Source: an uncultured Flavobacteriales bacterium (GTDB taxonomy: Bacteria > Bacteroidota > Bacteroidia > Flavobacteriales > UBA7312). From it: a stretch of 55,183 nucleotides of DNA. Within the stretch, counting starts at the first letter, position 1, and each line of letters starts with the position of its first letter. Shown in pieces: positions 9,581 through 19,682 of this stretch. The notes under the pieces are model-generated. The model worked only from the letters and a program-made list of their open reading frames with translations, made no database searches and was not told the origin of the DNA. Where the stretch lies: contig CAJWHN010000003.1 of the NCBI GenBank assembly GCA_913041085.1, positions 1 to 55,183 on the forward strand, in the 5' to 3' direction. Both the position numbers and the translations under genes were made by a program.

Positions 9581-11059
9581 TTAACGATTAAAATTTATAG
9601 TATTTAAAATTTGAGGAAGATCTTTTTTAGAAAAGAAAAGAAACCACAAAAAGAAAAATACCACATAAATTATTAATAATACACCTCCCAAAAACAAAGG
9701 ATTAGGATTAAAATTTATTCCTTCAATAATAAAATAACTAGGTAGGCATAAACTACAAAACAAGACTATTAGCTTGATATATTCAGAATGAAAGAGATGT
9801 ATATTTAAGTGTTTGTTTAAAACATAAGTACAAGCAATATTTTGTAATAAAATATTAAATATATAAACTACACCTAAACCAACTAAACCCCATTTGCTTA
9901 TTAACACAAAATATAATAAAAAAGAAATTAATGAAGTGACGATTGAAATATCTCTCATAGGTTTTTCTAAACCTGTCATTTGAAGCATTAAACCTACAGA
10001 CCCCATAGAAACATTAATAAGTTGACCGATTACTATTAATGATAATAAAAAACTACCCTGAATAAAATCGTTACCAAACAATGACATAATAGGCTTTGAA
10101 AAAAGAAAAATAAAGACCATTAAAGGAAAGCTTAACAAGAAAATATACCTTCCACTTAATTGAAAATAACTTGCTAAATCTTTTAGCTTGTTTTGTGAGT
10201 AAAGCTGAGATATAATAGGAGAAAAAATAGAATTAACAGAAGTTAATACTAACGGAATAAAAGCAGCAATAGTCAAGGTCACAGAATATATACCTAATTC
10301 AAAGGTGCTCAAAAAATAAACCAACACAATTTTATCACCGTGTCTTCCTAGAGCTAAAACACTATTAGTTATAAGTAGGTTTAGACTGTATTTTTTTTCT
10401 TCGTTATTAAAATTATCTCTTTTAAAATCTGTAAGACCAGGCAACAATCTTTTAATTATAATTATTAGAAAAATAAAAGCTAGTACTGAGCCTAAAACTT
10501 CAGCAATAATATAACCTTCTAATCGCCAACCCCAATTAAAGAAGACAACAACCAGACCAATTTTAAAAGGTAATCTAAGAAAAGTGTTAATTATTGTACT
10601 TTTTTTCACCTCTTGAAGACCACGAATAGTTTGTTCTGCTAAAATCAAAAAACTATTTACAAACATCATGAGACCAAACAAAGGAATATACTCCTTAAGT
10701 TTAGGTGTTTTTAATGTGTTATCAGCAATAATTTCTGGAAAAAAATAAAATAAAAAAGATATAGGTAGAACAAAACACAAATTAATTATCGAGGTATTAG
10801 TAAGGTAGGAAACAAGTTTGTTATAGTTTTGGGTAGCTTTGTACTTTGAAATAAAACGAATAAGCCCATTACCATATCCAAAACTCAAAAATATTCCCAA
10901 CACACCAATCGTTGTTATACCTAAACTATATATTCCCAAGGCATCAGCACCTAAAACTCTAGATAAGTATACTTTAAAGAAAAAACCAACTATTACAGAA
11001 ATAACAGCACCCAAAAAATACACCGCAGACTGACCAACAATTTTTTTAACTAAGGACAT
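9581..11059 (-). CDS. Wzx-type polysaccharide flippase
   Basis: Many TM segments; SRVLGADALGIYS, DKIVL..F..ELGIYS motifs. Confidence 0.88.
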   Translation of the reverse strand: MSLVKKIVGQSAVYFLGAVISVIVGFFFKVYLSRVLGADALGIYSLGITTIGVLGIFLSFGYGNGLIRFISKYKATQNYNKLVSYLTNTSIINLCFVLPISFLFYFFPEIIADNTLKTPKLKEYIPLFGLMMFVNSFLILAEQTIRGLQEVKKSTIINTFLRLPFKIGLVVVFFNWGWRLEGYIIAEVLGSVLAFIFLIIIIKRLLPGLTDFKRDNFNNEEKKYSLNLLITNSVLALGRHGDKIVLVYFLSTFELGIYSVTLTIAAFIPLVLTSVNSIFSPIISQLYSQNKLKDLASYFQLSGRYIFLLSFPLMVFIFLFSKPIMSLFGNDFIQGSFLLSLIVIGQLINVSMGSVGLMLQMTGLEKPMRDISIVTSLISFLLYFVLISKWGLVGLGVVYIFNILLQNIACTYVLNKHLNIHLFHSEYIKLIVLFCSLCLPSYFIIEGINFNPNPLFLGGVLLIIYVVFFFLWFLFFSKKDLPQILNTINFNR

Positions 11060-11162
11060 TCACCATATCTTGATATGTAAAAATAAGATAAAAATTTTCT
11101 ACCAGACCCGCTTAAGATTTATAATTTAAAGAATACATCTAACTAACTTAATAAAACAAAAC

Positions 11163-11282
11163 GTGATTTCAATAGAGGACGCTAAAGCCCTGATAAGAAA
11201 ACACACCCTTTCACCCAAAGAAACCAAACAACACATCAAAGACTCTCTTGGTTTTGTTTTATCACAAGATGTTTATAGCTAA
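11163..11282 (+). pseudogene. moeA: Truncated N-terminal relic of molybdopterin molybdotransferase MoeA
   Basis: GTG-start MISIEDAKALIRKHTLSPKETKQHIKDSLGFVLSQDVYS* resembles the MoeA N-terminus (MISVEEA...ALGxVLAEDIxS); stops after 39 codons. Confidence 0.7.
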
Positions 11283-11381
11283 ACATCAGGCAAGAATCAT
11301 TAAAAAAAAATTATTTATATATTTACTAGAATTAAGCACCGTATTAAAACAAACCTCCCCCTTTATCTAAACTTATTTATA

Positions 11382-12125
11382 ATGGCTATTCTAAAAAGAG
11401 ATTCTTTTGGGCACACTACAATATTTAAAAAATGGCTAATACGAATATTGGGGGCAATTTCTCATCCACGCTTTAGAGGAATTAACAATCTTAATATTAA
11501 AGGAGGGCATATAATTAGCGGTTTACCAGACCGAAATGTTTTGTTTATATCTAATCATCAGACCTATTTTGCAGATGTAACTGCTATGATACACGTCTTT
11601 AACGCGAGTTTAAAAGGCAGAACGAATACTATAAAAAACATAGGGTATCTCTGGAGGCCAAAGTTGAACCTATATTTTATTGCCGCCAAAGAAACAATGC
11701 AGTCAGGTTTTTTGCCAAAACTATTGGCTCATGCAGGCGCCATTAATGTAGAAAGAACGTGGCGCTCAGAGGGTAAAGATGTCCAAAGAGAGCTTCAAAC
11801 AGATGATGTTTCAAACATCAACAAAGCACTTAAAAATGGCTGGTTAATAACTTTCCCACAAGGCACCACCAAAGCCTGGACACCGATACGCCGAGGAACA
11901 GCCCACATCATACAGCAAAACAAACCTATAGTTGTTCCTGTGGTTATTGATGGTTTTAGACGTTCGTTTGATAAAAAGGGATTGAAAATGAAAAAAAAGG
12001 GGGTTCAACAATCCATAGAGGTGAAAGAACCTTTAGATATAGAATATAACAATGACTCTATAGATGATATTCTTAAAAAAGTGGAATTCGCTATAGAACA
12101 ACACCATTCTTTTTTAAAGGTGTAA
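11382..12125 (+). CDS. 1-acyl-sn-glycerol-3-phosphate acyltransferase (PlsC family)
   Basis: SNHQTYFAD (HxxxxD), FPQGT motif. Confidence 0.88.
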   Translation: MAILKRDSFGHTTIFKKWLIRILGAISHPRFRGINNLNIKGGHIISGLPDRNVLFISNHQTYFADVTAMIHVFNASLKGRTNTIKNIGYLWRPKLNLYFIAAKETMQSGFLPKLLAHAGAINVERTWRSEGKDVQRELQTDDVSNINKALKNGWLITFPQGTTKAWTPIRRGTAHIIQQNKPIVVPVVIDGFRRSFDKKGLKMKKKGVQQSIEVKEPLDIEYNNDSIDDILKKVEFAIEQHHSFLKV

Positions 12126-12148
12126 AACTAACTCCACAACAGTTTATT

Positions 12149-12883
12149 TTAGAGTTTTGAGACTATAATGATTAACTCTTTTGAAATAATTTGAGCCAGA
12201 CTAGAGGGGTCTAAATGATGGTTTGTGGGGTCTTTATGTAAAAACTTGGAGTGAATAACGCTAGTTTTTTTATTTAAAAGAGATTGGTCTAAGTCTATAA
12301 AGGCTAAGCGGTTTTTCTCTGCCAACTGCCTCAGCATTCTATTAAAGTCTAATGTTAGCAGAGTTCTTTCTTTAATATTAGCCTTTACCTCTTTTCTAAG
12401 GTTGGCCACTTCCCCATAATTACTACCCTCCTGAATGGTGGGGAGTACAGCACTGCAGATAATGGTTTTTTTACCATTGATAGCGCTTGACTTTTGAATT
12501 AGACTAGAATAATTATCTATTGCTAATTGAGTTTGTTTTTGAATGCTTAACCCATATTTCTCTGCTCGATACCAAATTGCAAAACCACAATCCACCTCAC
12601 CTAACTGAAAAACCACATAATCGTCTTTGCCAACCTCTTCTTTTAAGTAATTTTCAAAAATACTAAGGGCTTTGGTTTTGCTATTAGGGTTTGCCAAACC
12701 GGTAGCTGTGGCGCCATGAACAACTTTTATTTTTGGAGTAAGCCTCCAGAAATACCATGGAGAAAACTCCATATTCCAAAACACCTCTGCGTGACTATCA
12801 CCAATAAAATGAATTTTCCTTAAAACAAATAAGGCTCTTATTTTTCTCTTGATAAAATATAAGAAGCGAAAAAGAAACGACAT
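12149..12883 (-). CDS. SGNH/GDSL-like hypothetical protein, possibly glycan-modifying
   Basis: FIGDSH, GATATG, LGEVDCG, DxxNHHL motifs; ATG at 12883 preferred over the upstream start. Confidence 0.55.
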   Translation of the reverse strand: MSFLFRFLYFIKRKIRALFVLRKIHFIGDSHAEVFWNMEFSPWYFWRLTPKIKVVHGATATGLANPNSKTKALSIFENYLKEEVGKDDYVVFQLGEVDCGFAIWYRAEKYGLSIQKQTQLAIDNYSSLIQKSSAINGKKTIICSAVLPTIQEGSNYGEVANLRKEVKANIKERTLLTLDFNRMLRQLAEKNRLAFIDLDQSLLNKKTSVIHSKFLHKDPTNHHLDPSSLAQIISKELIIIVSKL

Positions 12884-12966
12884 GGATATCAACTTGAATT
12901 TACTTGTTGCAAGATAAAAAAACCAAACAAAAAAGGCGACCACTTCCGTAATCACCTTGTATTTTG

Positions 12967-13040
12967 CTCCCCCTCTTGGACTCGAACCAAGGACCCTCTG
13001 ATTAACAGTCAGATGCTCTAACCAACTGAGCTAAGGAGGA
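12967..13040 (-). tRNA. tRNA-Asn(GTT)
   Basis: TCCTCCTTAGCTCAGTTGGTTAGAGCATCTGACTGTTAATCAGAGGGTCCTTGGTTCGAGTCCAAGAGGGGGAG; intact cloverleaf, CCA not encoded. Confidence 0.95.
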
Positions 13041-13084
13041 AAAAATCAGTTTGCAATATTAGTACAATGCTAATAATTATGCAA

Positions 13085-13092
13085 TATATTTG
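13085..13092 (+). promoter_or_regulatory. -7 promoter element upstream of the PfkB kinase
   Basis: TATATTTG = TAnnTTTG. Confidence 0.5.
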
Positions 13093-13116
13093 CCAAAATA
13101 AAAAAAAACAGATAAA

Positions 13117-14040
13117 ATGAGCTTATTAGTTGTAGGTACGGTTGCTTTTGATGCTATCGAGACTCCATTCGGAAAAACAGATAAAATAGTTGGTGGGGCA
13201 GCAACCTATATTGGCTTGTCAGCCTCTAAATTTTATGATAAAATAAATTTAGTTTCTGTTGTTGGAGAGGATTTTCCTAAAGATGCTATTAATATGATGC
13301 ATAATCACAACGTAAATACTGAGGGTTTACAAATCAAAGAAAATGAAAAAACATTCTTTTGGTCGGGACGTTATCACAACGACATGAACTCTAGAGACAC
13401 CCTAGATACTCAGCTCAATGTTTTAGAAAGTTTTAACCCTGTAGTTCCTAGTTCTTATCAAAATTGCGAGTGCTTAATGTTAGGAAACCTAATGCCAAGT
13501 ATTCAGCAAAAAGTTTTAGACCAACTGCAAAAACGTCCTAAGCTAATTGTTCTTGACACCATGAACTTTTGGATGGACAACTTTATGGATGATTTAATGA
13601 TTGCTCTAAAAAATGTTGACGTACTAACCATTAATGACGAAGAAGCACGTCAGCTTTCAGGAGAATATTCACTTGTTAAAGCGGCGAAAAAAATTCTATC
13701 CTTTGGCCCTAAGTTTTTAATTATTAAAAAAGGTGAACATGGAGCACTATTATTCAATGAAAAGGAAGTGTTCTTCGCTCCAGCCTTACCTTTAGAGGAA
13801 GTATTTGATCCAACAGGAGCGGGCGACACCTTTGCAGGTGGATTTGTAGGCTATCTGTGCGCTACCAAAGATTATTCTTTTGAGAATATGAAAAGAGCAG
13901 TTATTATTGGTTCTGCTATGGCGTCATTTTGTGTTGAGAAATTCGGTACAGAGCGAATGAACGGATTAGACATGCAGGAAGTTAATGACAGAATAAGCCA
14001 GTTTGTAGATTTAGTACAGTTTGATATTCAACTGGTTTAA
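13117..14040 (+). CDS. PfkB family carbohydrate/nucleoside kinase
   Basis: GGAATY N-terminal motif, DPTGAGDTFAGG signature. Confidence 0.92.
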   Translation: MSLLVVGTVAFDAIETPFGKTDKIVGGAATYIGLSASKFYDKINLVSVVGEDFPKDAINMMHNHNVNTEGLQIKENEKTFFWSGRYHNDMNSRDTLDTQLNVLESFNPVVPSSYQNCECLMLGNLMPSIQQKVLDQLQKRPKLIVLDTMNFWMDNFMDDLMIALKNVDVLTINDEEARQLSGEYSLVKAAKKILSFGPKFLIIKKGEHGALLFNEKEVFFAPALPLEEVFDPTGAGDTFAGGFVGYLCATKDYSFENMKRAVIIGSAMASFCVEKFGTERMNGLDMQEVNDRISQFVDLVQFDIQLV

Positions 14041-14041
14041 G

Positions 14042-14509
14042 CTATTCATAAGATAAAAGAACAGCGTTTTTTTCAACACTATCCCCTTCAGCCGTTTGAA
14101 TGTGTTTTAACACACCCCCTCTTGTTGATTTAATAATATTCTCCATCTTCATAGCTTCTAAAACAATCAAACCATCGCCTTCAGAAACAGCATCTCCTTC
14201 TTTAACAAGGATTTCAAGAACTCTACCCGGCATAGGTGCTTTTACATCATTGTCTTCATTAGAGTTTCCAGTGTTCATACCTAAATCGTGAAGTAATTCA
14301 TCAAAACGATCTTTCATTTGCACCGAGTAAGTGTTGTTATTGATGATAATTTCAAAGGTTTTGTTTTTTCTATCATGAGTTAAAACATCAGCGACAAAAG
14401 AGTTGTTATTGTAAACAATGTGAAAGCGACCTTCTTTAACCTCGACGATATCCCAGTTAACCACTTCATCTAACTCAAAATCAAAACGTGTATTTACAAT
14501 CCCTTTCAT
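14042..14509 (-). CDS. Biotin carboxyl carrier (biotin/lipoyl attachment) protein of an acyl-CoA carboxylase
   Basis: APMPG and LEAMKMEN motifs; TAAATTTG -7 element at 14514-14521 (minus). Confidence 0.9.
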   Translation of the reverse strand: MKGIVNTRFDFELDEVVNWDIVEVKEGRFHIVYNNNSFVADVLTHDRKNKTFEIIINNNTYSVQMKDRFDELLHDLGMNTGNSNEDNDVKAPMPGRVLEILVKEGDAVSEGDGLIVLEAMKMENIIKSTRGGVLKHIQTAEGDSVEKNAVLLSYE

Positions 14510-14567
14510 TTGACAAATTTAGCAAAGAATTCTTCTTATTTTTACACACACTAAAAAAGATACCCAC

Positions 14568-17012
14568 ATGGAAACCATTCTAGCTTTGGCACTAGCCCTA
14601 TTATTAGGCACTAGCCCTACACAAAATCAGGTCAACTCAGACAACACGCTTAAAGAAAAAGAGATATATAACCCATCAGCAACACGTCTTAGCGATGTTA
14701 TTCACACCGATTTAGCTGTAAGTTTTAATTGGGAGAAACAACATTTATTGGGACAAGCAGAACTCACAATAAGCCCCTATTTTTACTCTAGCAACGAACT
14801 AATTTTAGACGCTAAAGGTTTTGATATCCACTCCATTAATATGAACGGAAAAGAGCTTTCTTTTGAGTACGATAGTTTGCAATTATTTATTCATTTAGAC
14901 AGAGAGTACCAAAGAAACGAGAAATACACCATAAATATAGATTATACCGCCAAACCTAATGACCTAAAAATAGAAGGTAGCGATGCCATTACCGATGCAA
15001 AGGGTCTATACTTCATCAACCCACTAGGTAAGGAAGATAAACCCCAACAAATTTGGACTCAAGGAGAGACAGAAGCTAGTTCGTGTTGGTTTCCTACCAT
15101 AGATAAGCCTAACGAACGCATGACTCAAAACATTGCCATTACCGTAAAAGATGAGTTTGTTACCTTATCAAACGGTCTTTTGGTGAAGTCAGAAAAAAAT
15201 GGCGACGGTACCAGAACAGATTATTGGGAGCAGAAACTAGCCCACACTCCTTACCTTGCTATGTTAGGCGTTGGCGACTTTAACATTACTTCTGATAAAT
15301 GGAAAGATATTGACGTAGATTATTACCTAGAAGACGATTATCATCCTTTTGCAAGAGCAATCTTTGGAAGAACCCCACAAATGATAGCGCATTTTTCAGA
15401 AATACTCGGTGTAGAGTACCCTTGGGAAAAATATGCTCAAATTATAGTTAGGGATTTTGTTTCAGGCGCTATGGAGAATACAACGGCTGTAATTTATGGA
15501 GAGTTTGTTCAAATGACAGACAGAGAGTTGGTAGACGACCATGAAGAAGATATCATAGCCCATGAATTATTTCACCATTGGTTTGGAGACTTAGTGACTT
15601 GTGAGTCATGGGCCAACCTACCATTGAACGAATCTTTTGCTACTTACGGTGAGTACATCTGGAGAGAAAAAGGCTTTGGTCGTATGGAAGCTGATATGCA
15701 TCTAGACGCAGACTTAAACAATTACTTGAGAGAGTCTCAGCGCAAGCAAGTCGATATGATTCGTTTTAACTACTTAGATAAAGAAGATATGTTCGACAAT
15801 CACTCATACGCTAAAGGAGGTCGAGTCTTACACATGTTGCGTTATTATTTAGGTGATGAAGCCTTTTATAAAGGATTAAAAAAATACCTCAACAACAATG
15901 CGTTTAGCACAGTAGAAATACATCAGTTGCGTATCGCCATGGAAGAGGTGTGTGGAGAAGATTTAAATTGGTTTTTTAACCAATGGTTTTTAGCGTCGGG
16001 TCACCCCCTTCTAGTTATAGACTATGAATATGACGCGGACAACAAACAACAAATAGTTAAGCTAGAACAAATACAAGAGAAATCCACAACACCAATTCAT
16101 AGACTATCATTTTATATAGACATATATGAAAACGGTGTGCCTAAACGTCATTTGGTAGAAATGAACTCTCCCCAACAAGATTATTATTTTGATGTTGAAG
16201 AAAAGCCCACCAATGTTATTGTAGATGCTGAACACGTTTTGTTAGCAGAAATTTTTGACGAAAAACCAGATGAATGGTGGTTAGAACAACTCAAAGCACC
16301 ACTATATATGGATAGTAAGATAACGTTAGACAACATCAGTGAAAAAAGCACCACAGCAGCTATCCAAAACGCTTTAACTCATGACTTTTGGGGAATACGC
16401 TTACTAGCGCTTCAAAAAGCAAACGCTTTGGAGAATATTGAGGAGATATCAGAAGTAATAAAGCAACAAGCCACTCAAGAAAACAACCCAACTAAGGTTC
16501 GTTCTTCAGCCTTAATTCTTTTAGCTCAACAAGAAAACAATTCTGAGTTTACCCCTCTTTTTGAGTCGGCAATACAAGAAAAATCACTGCTTATGGCAGC
16601 ATCAGGATTATACGGCTTGTCTCGAGTAGATTATCAACAAGCCTTATCTATAGCGCCAAGCTTAGAAAAAGAGCTGCCTTATGATGTTGCAAAGTTATAT
16701 GTCGAACACGCAGGAGTTGATAAGAATACGTTTTTTACAGACAAGCTAAACACGAGTAACACTCTTGATTTATATTATGTTTCGGCTTACTATGTTTTGT
16801 ATTTAAAAAACCAAGAATTGAGTCTAGTTTTAGATGGAACAGAAGCGTTAGAAGAAGCACTTAAAGATTCTAAATCTTGGATGGCTGAGGTAAGTAAGTA
16901 TCGTTTTGCTGATTTGGAAGAAACGATTCAAAGTATGCTTAAAAATGAAAAAAATAAGGAGCTAAAGTTAAGAGCTAAAGAAACTCTTGCTCGTATAGAG
17001 TCTTTATTATAA
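14568..17012 (+). CDS. M1 family aminopeptidase (aminopeptidase N-like) with HEAT-like C-terminus
   Basis: GAMEN, HELFHHW..(18)..E, YAKGG; signal peptide. Confidence 0.92.
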   Translation: METILALALALLLGTSPTQNQVNSDNTLKEKEIYNPSATRLSDVIHTDLAVSFNWEKQHLLGQAELTISPYFYSSNELILDAKGFDIHSINMNGKELSFEYDSLQLFIHLDREYQRNEKYTINIDYTAKPNDLKIEGSDAITDAKGLYFINPLGKEDKPQQIWTQGETEASSCWFPTIDKPNERMTQNIAITVKDEFVTLSNGLLVKSEKNGDGTRTDYWEQKLAHTPYLAMLGVGDFNITSDKWKDIDVDYYLEDDYHPFARAIFGRTPQMIAHFSEILGVEYPWEKYAQIIVRDFVSGAMENTTAVIYGEFVQMTDRELVDDHEEDIIAHELFHHWFGDLVTCESWANLPLNESFATYGEYIWREKGFGRMEADMHLDADLNNYLRESQRKQVDMIRFNYLDKEDMFDNHSYAKGGRVLHMLRYYLGDEAFYKGLKKYLNNNAFSTVEIHQLRIAMEEVCGEDLNWFFNQWFLASGHPLLVIDYEYDADNKQQIVKLEQIQEKSTTPIHRLSFYIDIYENGVPKRHLVEMNSPQQDYYFDVEEKPTNVIVDAEHVLLAEIFDEKPDEWWLEQLKAPLYMDSKITLDNISEKSTTAAIQNALTHDFWGIRLLALQKANALENIEEISEVIKQQATQENNPTKVRSSALILLAQQENNSEFTPLFESAIQEKSLLMAASGLYGLSRVDYQQALSIAPSLEKELPYDVAKLYVEHAGVDKNTFFTDKLNTSNTLDLYYVSAYYVLYLKNQELSLVLDGTEALEEALKDSKSWMAEVSKYRFADLEETIQSMLKNEKNKELKLRAKETLARIESLL

Positions 17013-17486
17013 TAGGCTTGGGTTTTGATGTTGGCTTTCATAACCCCTGTCAATATCATGGTGTTGCTTGGCTTCGGCAGCGGCTACAGCTAGTTTATCG
17101 CAACGCTCGTTTTCTACATTATTATTATGTCCTTTAACCCAAAAAAATTTGACGTTGTGTTGTCGGTAAACAATCAAAAATCGTTTCCATAAGTCGACGT
17201 TTTTCTTTTTATCAAAATACTTTTTCTCCCAATTAAATACCCACTTTTTTTCGACAGCATCAACAACGTATTTAGAGTCAGAATAAACTACCACATCCAT
17301 TGGTCTAGACTTTAGCATCTCTAACGCAATGATTACACTCAGCAGCTCCATTCTATTGTTTGTAGTTTTACGAAAACCTTTAGCTACTTCTTTACGGTGT
17401 CCCTCATCTGACAATAAAACAATTCCATATCCGCCAGGCCCAGGGTTTCCTTTAGCTGAACCGTCTGTATATATTCTAACACTCAT
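17007..17486 (-). CDS. rnhA: Ribonuclease HI
   Basis: YTDGSAKGNPGPGG, TNNRMEL, DSKYV, WVKGH, NERCDKLA. Confidence 0.96.
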   Translation of the reverse strand: MSVRIYTDGSAKGNPGPGGYGIVLLSDEGHRKEVAKGFRKTTNNRMELLSVIIALEMLKSRPMDVVVYSDSKYVVDAVEKKWVFNWEKKYFDKKKNVDLWKRFLIVYRQHNVKFFWVKGHNNNVENERCDKLAVAAAEAKQHHDIDRGYESQHQNPSLL

Positions 17487-18061
17487 AATGATTTACTAAT
17501 AACCTGTTCAATTACCTTAGGAAAAAAACGGTGCTCAAGTTGCTGTATTTTTTGAGACAATAACTTAAAAGTATCTGTTTTTTCAACACTTACTTTAGCT
17601 TGAAAAATGATTGCGCCTTCATCATATTCCTCGTTAACAAAGTGAATACTTATTCCACTTTCAGACTCTTGAGCTTTAATTACAGCCCTATGTACATGTT
17701 TTCCATACATTCCTTTACCGCCAAATTTAGGCAAAAGAGAAGGGTGTAAGTTCACTATCTTGTTGGGATAAGCATGTATTATATCACTAGGAATTTTCAC
17801 TAAAAACCCTGCTAGAACAATAAAATCAATGGACTCAGACCTCAAATAGTCTAAAACTTCGCCATTCTTTTTAAACGTTTCATTGTTAAAAACAATCGTT
17901 TTAACACCTTTGTTTTGTGCTTTTTCGACTGCTAAAGCGTCCGTTTTATTGCTAACAACAAGAGTAACATCAGCAACGCTATTTTTCTCGAAATACTCGA
18001 TAATATTAATAGCGTTTGTACCCGCTCCAGAAACTAATATTGCAATTTTATTTCTATCCAT
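17483..18061 (-). CDS. purN: Phosphoribosylglycinamide formyltransferase
   Basis: SGAGTN, LAGFL, NLHPSLLPKFGGKGMYG, YDEG; start at MDRNK. Confidence 0.93.
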   Translation of the reverse strand: MDRNKIAILVSGAGTNAINIIEYFEKNSVADVTLVVSNKTDALAVEKAQNKGVKTIVFNNETFKKNGEVLDYLRSESIDFIVLAGFLVKIPSDIIHAYPNKIVNLHPSLLPKFGGKGMYGKHVHRAVIKAQESESGISIHFVNEEYDEGAIIFQAKVSVEKTDTFKLLSQKIQQLEHRFFPKVIEQVISKSL

Positions 18062-18190
18062 TCTTGTCACCCAAAAATAGAACAACTATTTTAAAGAAAG
18101 CAGACAATTATTTAATAATACTAAGTCCGATGACTTGTTTTATATTCAAAAAGTGTATTTATTTGCATCTTAATAAAAAAACAACAATTC

Positions 18191-18421
18191 ATGTCTGATA
18201 CTGCAACAAAAGTAAAAGCAATTATAGTAGATAAATTAGGTGTTGACGAAGCTGAAGTCACTTCAGAAGCAAGCTTCACTAATGATTTAGGTGCTGATTC
18301 ATTAGATACTGTTGAACTTATAATGGAGTTTGAAAAAGAATTCGACATTCAGATTCCAGACGATCAAGCAGAAGCAATTGCTACTGTTGGCGATGCCATA
18401 TCGTTTATAGAAAAAGCTTAA
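18191..18421 (+). CDS. acpP: Acyl carrier protein
   Basis: [14 protein letters not shown]. Confidence 0.97.
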   Translation: MSDTATKVKAIIVDKLGVDEAEVTSEASFTNDLGADSLDTVELIMEFEKEFDIQIPDDQAEAIATVGDAISFIEKA

Positions 18422-18437
18422 TTAACTCCAATCAGTT

Positions 18438-19682
18438 ATGTCCAGGCGAGTCGTAGTTACCGGTTTAGGCGCGCTCACACCTGTAGGCAACAACATTTCC
18501 GACTTTTGGAAAAATTTGCTAGATGGTGTAAGTGGGGCAGGACCCATTACTCGTTTTGATTCTATACAATTTAAAACTCAGTTTGCGTGTGAGGTTAAAG
18601 ACTTTGTGCCAACAGACTTTTTAGATAGAAAAGAAGCGCGTAAATTAGATATGTATGCCATATACGCTATGGTTGCAGTATCTGAGGCTATGGCTGATTC
18701 AAAGCTCGATTTAGAACAAATAGATTTAGACCGAGCAGGGGTCATTTGGGGTTCAGGAATTGGAGGATTAGATACATTTTTAAAAGAGTGCGGTGATTTT
18801 GCTACTGGCTCAGGCGTTCCTCGATTCAACCCTTTCTTTATTCCCAAAATGATTGCCGATATAGCGGCTGGACACATTTCCATTAAATACGGTTTTAGAG
18901 GGCCTAATTTTGCAACGGTTTCAGCTTGTGCATCATCAACTCACGCCTTAATTGACGCATTTAACTATATTAAATGGGGAAAAGCTGACATATTTATTTC
19001 TGGTGGTTCAGAGGCATCAATTAATGAAGCCGGAGTAGGAGGATTTAATGCTATGCACGCTCTATCGACTAGAAATGATTCTCCACAAACAGCATCTCGT
19101 CCTTTCGATAAAGACAGAGAAGGCTTCGTTCTTGGAGAAGGTGCAGGAGCTCTTATTTTAGAGGAATACAAACATGCTCTTGCTCGTGGTGCTAATATAT
19201 ATGCAGAAATTGTAGGTGGCGCTATGACAGCAGATGCCCATCACATAACAGCACCACACCCTGACGGTATAGGAGCAACTAATGTTATGCGATTAGCTAT
19301 TGAAGACGCTAATATGACACCTGAAGATGTCGATTACGTTAATGTTCATGGAACATCAACCCCTCTTGGTGATATAGCAGAAATAAAAGCCATACAAAAC
19401 GTTTTTGGAGATCACGCTAAAAATCTAAACATTAGTTCTACTAAATCAATGACTGGCCATCTCTTGGGAGCGGCTGGAGCGGTTGAAACAATAGCGGCAA
19501 TTCTATCTGTTAAAAATAATATTGTGCCACCAACGATAAACCACTTTACAGACGACCCTGAAATAGATTCATCCTTGAATTACACCTTCAATAAAGCTCA
19601 AAAAAGAGAAGTAAGAACAGCCATTTCCAACACCTTTGGATTTGGAGGTCATAACGCCTGTGTTATGGTTAAAAAAGTTTAA
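18438..19682 (+). CDS. fabF: 3-oxoacyl-ACP synthase II
   Basis: SACAS, HGTST, GHLLGAAG, NTFGFGGHN. Confidence 0.97.
   Translation: MSRRVVVTGLGALTPVGNNISDFWKNLLDGVSGAGPITRFDSIQFKTQFACEVKDFVPTDFLDRKEARKLDMYAIYAMVAVSEAMADSKLDLEQIDLDRAGVIWGSGIGGLDTFLKECGDFATGSGVPRFNPFFIPKMIADIAAGHISIKYGFRGPNFATVSACASSTHALIDAFNYIKWGKADIFISGGSEASINEAGVGGFNAMHALSTRNDSPQTASRPFDKDREGFVLGEGAGALILEEYKHALARGANIYAEIVGGAMTADAHHITAPHPDGIGATNVMRLAIEDANMTPEDVDYVNVHGTSTPLGDIAEIKAIQNVFGDHAKNLNISSTKSMTGHLLGAAGAVETIAAILSVKNNIVPPTINHFTDDPEIDSSLNYTFNKAQKREVRTAISNTFGFGGHNACVMVKKV

Noticed and set aside
12149-13040. Integrative element at tRNA-Asn
   Set aside because: No integrase and no duplicated tRNA 3' end seen in the window
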